DNA from: Bacteroidales bacterium
Lineage (GTDB): Bacteria > Bacteroidota > Bacteroidia > Bacteroidales > VadinHA17
Direction of reading: 5' to 3'
DNA: 64,000 nt
Assembly: GCA_003141895.1 (NCBI GenBank)
Contig: PLNT01000018.1
Location: forward strand, 257,884 to 321,883
In this document: in pieces, positions 58,633 through 64,000 of the stretch
How positions within the stretch are numbered: position 1 is the stretch's first letter
How the letters are laid out: the number at the start of each line of letters is the position of its first letter
Program-made: the position numbers and the translations under genes
Notes under the pieces: model-generated
What the model saw: the letters and a program-made list of their open reading frames with translations, nothing else
Told to the model about the DNA's origin: nothing
Databases searched by the model: none

Positions 58633-60093
58633 CTAGCTTTTAACCGGAATATGATTTAGAGTTTCAATCAGAAAATCCCAGAATTTTTTAACCGATGCAA
58701 TTTCAACTTTCTCATCAGGAGAGTGTGGATAGCGGATAGTGGGACCAAACGAGATCATATCTAGATTAGGGTATACACCTCCTATAAGACCACATTCCAG
58801 ACCTGCATGTATAGCTTTAATATCGGGAATCTTGCCATACATGTCAATATAAACTTTACTCATTGTTTTCAGAATAGGTGAATTCACATTTGGTTTCCAT
58901 CCAGGATACGCCCCTTCAAGCTTAACGTCAGCATCTATGAGATGGAATGCTGCAGCTATCCTCCAGGCAGTTGATTCTTTAGCGGAGTCAACGGAACTTC
59001 TACAAAGGCTATATGCTTCAAATTTACCATTCATGCATTTTACTATGGCAATATTATTTGAAGTTTCCACGAGTCCTTTCATTGCCTGACTCATTCTAAC
59101 AACTCCGTTGGGACAAACAAAAACTGCTCTGATAATTCTATACTGATCTCCAGCATTCATAACTTTTGCAGGAATGGAAGTTTTCTCACACGAAAATGAC
59201 ATATCAGGCTCAGTCTCTGCAAATTCAGCCCTGTACATTTTTTCATAACACTTAACAAACTTCTCAAATTCATTTGCTTTAATCTCCGGTACAAGAAGGA
59301 TTGAATATGACTCCCTTGGAATTGCATTACGGAGATTTCCTCCCTCTTCTTCTGAGAGTCTGATTCCAAAATCAGATTCTGCCTGCATTAAAAATCTGAA
59401 CATTATCTTGTTCGAATTTGCTCTTCCCAGTGCTATATCAACTCCGGAGTGACCACCTTTTAATCCTTTTGCTACTACCTTGTATGCCACCATCCCATCA
59501 GGAGATTTTTCTTCTGCATAGGTTTTAATTGCTGAGACATCAATGCCACCTGCACAACCCATATATAGCTCACCTTCATCTTCTGAATCGAGGTTCATGA
59601 GGATATCACCTTTAAGAAGTCCCTTTTCAAGTCCGAATACTCCGGTCATGCCTGTCTCTTCATCTATGGTAAAGAGTGCTTCTATAGGTCCATGCTTAAT
59701 TTCTTTTGAAGCAAGAACAGCCATAGTTGATGCCACTCCGATACCATTATCAGCTCCAAGAGTCGTACCGTTCGCCCTTACCCATGCACCATCAACAATA
59801 GTTTCAATCGGATCTTTTTTAAAATCATGTTTTTTATCGCTATTCTTTTGAGGAACCATATCGAGATGTGTCTGGAAAATTACTCCTTTTCTGTTTTCCA
59901 TTCCTTTTGTTGCAGGTTTCCGGATAATTACGTTACCTACTTTATCGACAGTGGTTTCAAGGTTATTTTTTTTACCGAATGACTTCATAAATTCAATCAT
60001 CCCCTGCTCATATTTGGAAGGACGAGGTATCTGGTTAATCTCATGGAAATAATTCCACAATTGTTTAGGCTCAAGATCACGGATGGTGCTCAT
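58633..60093 (-). CDS. pepD: Aminoacyl-histidine dipeptidase (PepD, M20C)
   Basis: LEPKQLWNYFHEINQIPRPSKYEQ... HLDMV ... GADNGIG ... DEETGM are the typical PepD order and motifs. Confidence 0.9.
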   Translation of the reverse strand: MSTIRDLEPKQLWNYFHEINQIPRPSKYEQGMIEFMKSFGKKNNLETTVDKVGNVIIRKPATKGMENRKGVIFQTHLDMVPQKNSDKKHDFKKDPIETIVDGAWVRANGTTLGADNGIGVASTMAVLASKEIKHGPIEALFTIDEETGMTGVFGLEKGLLKGDILMNLDSEDEGELYMGCAGGIDVSAIKTYAEEKSPDGMVAYKVVAKGLKGGHSGVDIALGRANSNKIMFRFLMQAESDFGIRLSEEEGGNLRNAIPRESYSILLVPEIKANEFEKFVKCYEKMYRAEFAETEPDMSFSCEKTSIPAKVMNAGDQYRIIRAVFVCPNGVVRMSQAMKGLVETSNNIAIVKCMNGKFEAYSLCRSSVDSAKESTAWRIAAAFHLIDADVKLEGAYPGWKPNVNSPILKTMSKVYIDMYGKIPDIKAIHAGLECGLIGGVYPNLDMISFGPTIRYPHSPDEKVEIASVKKFWDFLIETLNHIPVKS

Positions 60094-60319
60094 ATAAATC
60101 AGTTTTAATTTTCAGTTAATATTTAATAAAAATAATATAAACACAACATAAAAACAATGATTAAATAACGATGAACAATAATAATTTAAAATGTAACAAA
60201 AACTTAACAACATTGTTCTATTGATTACATATCAATGTATTTACTTTGTATAAACCTGAAATTGCTGATATTGAAATGTTATAACAGAGATTTCGAGCAC
60301 ATTTTTTAACTGCTTCAAA

Positions 60320-61309
60320 ATGACCTTTTTGTATATTGTAGTTGCACTGGTTATTATATTCGATTTCATAAATGGCTTCCATGACTCTGCAAATTCAATA
60401 GCAACTGTTGTATCAACAAAAGTTCTCTCCCCTGTCGCTGCAGTAGGTATGGCTTCATTTTTTAATTTTGTGGCATTCCTGATTTTTCCGCTTAAGGTTG
60501 CCACAACTATGGGAAAAGGAGTCATTAATCCCGATATCATTAATCTGACAGTTATTGCATCAGCTCTGGTTGCTGCAATATTATGGAACCTGCTTACATG
60601 GTGGCTAGGACTGCCGTCGAGCTCTTCACATACGCTTGTGGGAGGATTGGTTGGAGCAGCAGTTGCAAGCTCAGGATGGGGTTCAGTTGTCTACGTGGGA
60701 GTAATAAAAATTGTAATCTTTATAGTAATTGCTCCCGTTCTAGGAATGATTATGTCGTTTTTTATTTCAGCTATAGTAATCTTTTTTGCCAGGAATCATT
60801 CACCGTCTGTAATCGATAAACATTTTCGAAGACTGCAGTTATTATCTGCGGCATCATTTAGTCTTGGACATGGAGGAAATGACGCACAGAAGTCAATGGG
60901 AATTATCTGGGTTGCGTTGATTGTTTCCGGACTTGCCACTAAAAATGATCCAATCGCTTTATGGATAGTATTATCGTGTCAGGCAGCAATTGCACTGGGG
61001 ACATTGCTGGGAGGATGGAGAATAGTAAAGACGATGGGACAAAAGATCACAAAGTTAAAACCATTTGAAGGATTTTGTGCTGAATCAGCGGGTGCAATAA
61101 CACTTTTCGGAGCCACAGCCCTTGGTATTCCGGTCAGCACAACTCACGTTATAACAGGAGCAATAATAGGTGCAGGGGCAAGAAAGGGAGTTTCAGCTGT
61201 GAAATGGGGAGTTACCACGAATATTTTCTGGGCCTGGATTCTGACTATTCCGATCTCTGCGATCATAGGTTCATTAATGTTTCTTCTTCTAAATACGATA
61301 ATTGGTTAA
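60320..61309 (+). CDS. PiT-family inorganic phosphate transporter, copy A
   Basis: FDFINGFHDSANSIATVVST..LSP and GHGGNDAQKSMGII, ...PVSTTH.ITGAI.G are PHO4/PiT signature repeats. Confidence 0.9.
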   Translation: MTFLYIVVALVIIFDFINGFHDSANSIATVVSTKVLSPVAAVGMASFFNFVAFLIFPLKVATTMGKGVINPDIINLTVIASALVAAILWNLLTWWLGLPSSSSHTLVGGLVGAAVASSGWGSVVYVGVIKIVIFIVIAPVLGMIMSFFISAIVIFFARNHSPSVIDKHFRRLQLLSAASFSLGHGGNDAQKSMGIIWVALIVSGLATKNDPIALWIVLSCQAAIALGTLLGGWRIVKTMGQKITKLKPFEGFCAESAGAITLFGATALGIPVSTTHVITGAIIGAGARKGVSAVKWGVTTNIFWAWILTIPISAIIGSLMFLLLNTIIG

Positions 61310-61339
61310 AGATTTCAGGTATTTACTACTTTTACATTT

Positions 61340-61990
61340 ATGAATATTGATCGCATTTTAAAAATCTTCGTTCCTAAAGATCATTCCTTCTTCCCGCTTT
61401 TTGAAAGCGATGTGCAGAATCTGGTAAAAGCCAGCGAATTGCTCAAAGAACTTGTCGGAAGCAATGAAACGGCAGACTATGAAAGACTTCACAAAAATAT
61501 AAACGATCTGGAACACATTGGCGATGAGATAACAATTAAAACTTACGAACAACTTAACAAATCCTTTATTACTCCTTTCGACAGAGAGGATATACACGAA
61601 CTTACAGCACACATCGATGATGTCCTCGATACAATTAATGGTATCTCCAGGAGGATATTCCAATACAAACCAAAAAAATTAATGCCCATTTATAAAGAGC
61701 TGGCTGAATTGATTTATAATGCTGCTAAAGAAATAGAATCTGCTATTGATTGTCTGAATGATCCTATAGCTAATAAAGAAAAAATAGCAAAGGCTTGCGA
61801 TAGAGTTTCAGCAATTGAGCACATTGCAGATGAACTGTATTTCAAAGGCGTTTCTGAACTATTTGAAAAAGAAGAAGATACAAAAGAGCTTATTAAAAAC
61901 AACAAGATACTTGAGCTTCTCGAAAGATGCGTTGATGAGGAAGAGGATGTAACAGATACCCTGAAAACGATTCTTATAAAGATGGCATAA
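61340..61990 (+). CDS. DUF47 (TIGR00153, PhoU-like) phosphate-transport accessory protein, copy A
   Basis: F.PK...FF.LFE........A...L........E......I..LEH.GD.IT......L...FITPFDREDIH.L....DDV.D. Confidence 0.8.
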   Translation: MNIDRILKIFVPKDHSFFPLFESDVQNLVKASELLKELVGSNETADYERLHKNINDLEHIGDEITIKTYEQLNKSFITPFDREDIHELTAHIDDVLDTINGISRRIFQYKPKKLMPIYKELAELIYNAAKEIESAIDCLNDPIANKEKIAKACDRVSAIEHIADELYFKGVSELFEKEEDTKELIKNNKILELLERCVDEEEDVTDTLKTILIKMA

Positions 61991-62035
61991 TCTTTATTTC
62001 GCCTTATAATTATTATCTTTTGCGTTAACCTCATA

Positions 62036-62060
62036 CTTCATTCCTCATTCCTCATTCCTC
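62036..62060. repeat. Heptamer repeat (CATTCCT x3)
   Basis: cttcattcctcattcctcattcctc. Confidence 0.85.
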
Positions 62061-62273
62061 TTACACTTACTACTTTACCTGTTTTTCTGTTAACAAGAAA
62101 CCATTAATTTGAAACTTACGATAGAATCATTTTGAATTCTGTTCCAATTTATTTATTTTGTGACACCTGATTAGAAAAAAAACAGATTAAATAAATGGCT
62201 ATAAATGAATACGTTCTACATTTCAATTCAGTAATAGCCCTCATAATTTTTAAAAAAGTCTGCAAAAAGTAAG

Positions 62274-63260
62274 ATGGTCTTCCTGTATATTGTAGTCGCA
62301 TTAGTCCTGATTTTTGACTTTTTAAACGGATTTCACGATTCAGCTAACTCCATTGCAATTGTCGTCTCAACAAAAGTTCTATCACCGGTATTTGCGGTAA
62401 TAATGGCAGCTTTTTTCAATTTTATTGCCTTTACTGTTTTCCCGTTGAAAGTTGCATACACTATCGGAAACGGAGTTGTAAAGCAAGATGTTCTCACTAT
62501 GACTGTTATTGCATCTGCCCTCGTCGCTGCAATAACATGGAATCTCATTACGTGGTGGATAGGACTTCCCTCAAGTTCTTCTCATACTCTTGTAGGCGGA
62601 CTTATCGGAGCTGCAGTAGCTCATTCAGGTATACATACAATTATTTTTCCAATAGTATTCAGAATAGTAGCATTTATTTTTATTGCCCCTATTCTGGGAA
62701 TGGTTTTATCATTTTCAATTTCAACTATTGTTGTATATATTTTCAGAAAATTCACACCTTCTAATGTCGATAAGATCTTTCGTAAACTTCAAATAATTTC
62801 ATCCTCAACACTTAGCCTGGGACATGGAGGAAATGATGCACAGAAATCTATGGGAATAATATGGCTGGCCCTGATTGTTTCCGGCTTAGCTACTAATAAA
62901 AGTGCAATTCCCTTATGGGTGATTTTATCATGCCAGACAGCTATTGCCCTTGGGACACTTTTCGGGGGATGGAGAATTGTGAAAACAATGGGGCAAAGGA
63001 TTACTAAAGTGAAACCTTTTGAAGGATTTTGTGCAGAAACTGCAGGAGCCCTTACTTTATTCGGAGCGACGCACTTTGGGATACCGGTAAGTACAACCCA
63101 CACAATTACCGGGGCGATTGTCGGAGTCGGTGCAAGAAAAGGAGCCTCTGCAGTAAAATGGGGTGTCACCAAGAAAATATTCTGGGCCTGGATCCTTACG
63201 ATCCCCGTCAGTGCTGTCATCAGTGGTATTATGTTTCATTTCTTCGACTGGATTTTTTAA
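62274..63260 (+). CDS. PiT-family inorganic phosphate transporter, copy B
   Basis: Collinear with copy A over its full length, and roughly three quarters of residues are identical by eye. Confidence 0.9.
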   Translation: MVFLYIVVALVLIFDFLNGFHDSANSIAIVVSTKVLSPVFAVIMAAFFNFIAFTVFPLKVAYTIGNGVVKQDVLTMTVIASALVAAITWNLITWWIGLPSSSSHTLVGGLIGAAVAHSGIHTIIFPIVFRIVAFIFIAPILGMVLSFSISTIVVYIFRKFTPSNVDKIFRKLQIISSSTLSLGHGGNDAQKSMGIIWLALIVSGLATNKSAIPLWVILSCQTAIALGTLFGGWRIVKTMGQRITKVKPFEGFCAETAGALTLFGATHFGIPVSTTHTITGAIVGVGARKGASAVKWGVTKKIFWAWILTIPVSAVISGIMFHFFDWIF

Positions 63261-63299
63261 TTAGTAGTTTAATGAGTTTATAAATTATAATGACAGAAT

Positions 63300-63950
63300 A
63301 TGAATATTGATAAAATTCTCAAGTTTTTTGTACCAAAAGATCATTCGTTTTTTCCTTTGTTTGAAACTGATGCAGAAAACCTGGTTAAAGCAGCTGAACT
63401 TCTAAAAAAGCTTTTCAACAGTTCTGATATTGAAGAACATGAAAAGATATTCAAAGAGATAAAGGATGTTGAACATATAGGTGATGAGATCACTAATAAA
63501 ACATATGAACAGCTAAACAAATCCTTTATAACTCCTTTTGACAGGGAGGACATCCACGAACTGACTGCGCATATTGATGATGTAGTGGATTCTATAAATG
63601 GAATTGCACGACGAATCTGTTTGTATCGTCCAAAAAAGATGATGCCAATATATAAGGAGATGTCGGAACTTATCTTCGATGGCGCAAAAGAAGTCGCTAT
63701 CGCAATTCATTGTCTGAAGGATCCTGTAGCAAATAAAGAAAAAATTACCCGTGCCTGCGGAATAGTTACCGCTATTGAACATAAGGCTGATGAATTATAT
63801 TTTACCGGTGTTCAGGAACTATTTGAGGAAGAAGAAGATCCAAAGGAATTGATAAAGAATAACAAAATCCTTGAGATTCTCGAAAGATGCGTCGATGAAG
63901 AAGAGGATGTTACAGATACCCTCAAGGCTATCATGATCAAGATGGCGTAA
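63300..63950 (+). CDS. DUF47 (PhoU-like) protein, copy B
   Basis: Collinear with copy A. Both are 216 aa and share the C-terminus NNKILE.LERCVDEEEDVTDTLK.I.IKMA. Confidence 0.8.
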   Translation: MNIDKILKFFVPKDHSFFPLFETDAENLVKAAELLKKLFNSSDIEEHEKIFKEIKDVEHIGDEITNKTYEQLNKSFITPFDREDIHELTAHIDDVVDSINGIARRICLYRPKKMMPIYKEMSELIFDGAKEVAIAIHCLKDPVANKEKITRACGIVTAIEHKADELYFTGVQELFEEEEDPKELIKNNKILEILERCVDEEEDVTDTLKAIMIKMA

Positions 63951-64000
63951 TAAGTAATGCGAATTAAAATACTTCAGACATCCTTGTTATAACTTATTAT

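Overview
This is a low-GC chromosomal segment with Bacteroidota-like gene content and synteny (rny-zapA, TAnnTTTG-type promoters, GT11/FkbM glycan genes).

Gene content, left to right:
1. 1-20.2 kb: a minus-strand surface-glycan locus that uses an ABC transporter (Wzm/Wzt). It carries a sugar aminotransferase, a cupin, two GT2 glycosyltransferases, a GT11 fucosyltransferase, two FkbM-like methyltransferases, gmd/fcl, a CapD-like dehydratase, an epimerase and wecB.
2. Within that locus, the GDP-fucose synthase gene fcl is present twice as about 1.15-kb direct repeats. The two copies bracket a 3-kb toxin-antitoxin island (AbiEii-like, MNT/HEPN, wHTH protein).
3. 20-33 kb: housekeeping genes. These are rny, a candidate 6S-like RNA, zapA, an M23 peptidase, cutC, a C69 dipeptidase, rplS, an AsmA-like protein and an esterase.
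4. 33.7-47.3 kb: a roughly 13.5-kb integrated element in the 3' end of tRNA-Arg(ACG), bounded by a 31-bp direct repeat. Every gene is on the minus strand.
5. 47-64 kb: usp, a sugar uptake and phosphorylation cluster (ROK kinase, SIS, MarR, FHS-type MFS, NahK-like anomeric kinase), a three-gene biotin-dependent acyl-CoA carboxylase set, pepD, and a tandemly duplicated PiT/DUF47 phosphate transporter pair.

The integrated element encodes two tyrosine recombinases, a replication organizer plus DnaC-like ATPase, an HK97-type prohead protease and a tail-like protein. It has no terminase, portal or recognisable capsid gene, which makes it look like a phage satellite. Its tRNA-proximal end holds an unusual cargo module: a single-chain double-retropepsin protein, long poly-G/C tracts, three GC-rich tandem repeats of about 120 bp, and hicAB.

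Gene boundaries across the whole window are decorated with short tandem 7-8-nt repeat blocks, often arranged as inverted pairs. Two such blocks lie in frame inside both fcl copies.

I consider the cargo module of the tRNA-Arg element the best candidate for an undescribed system. All functional calls come from reading the translated ORFs by eye. No database search was run.
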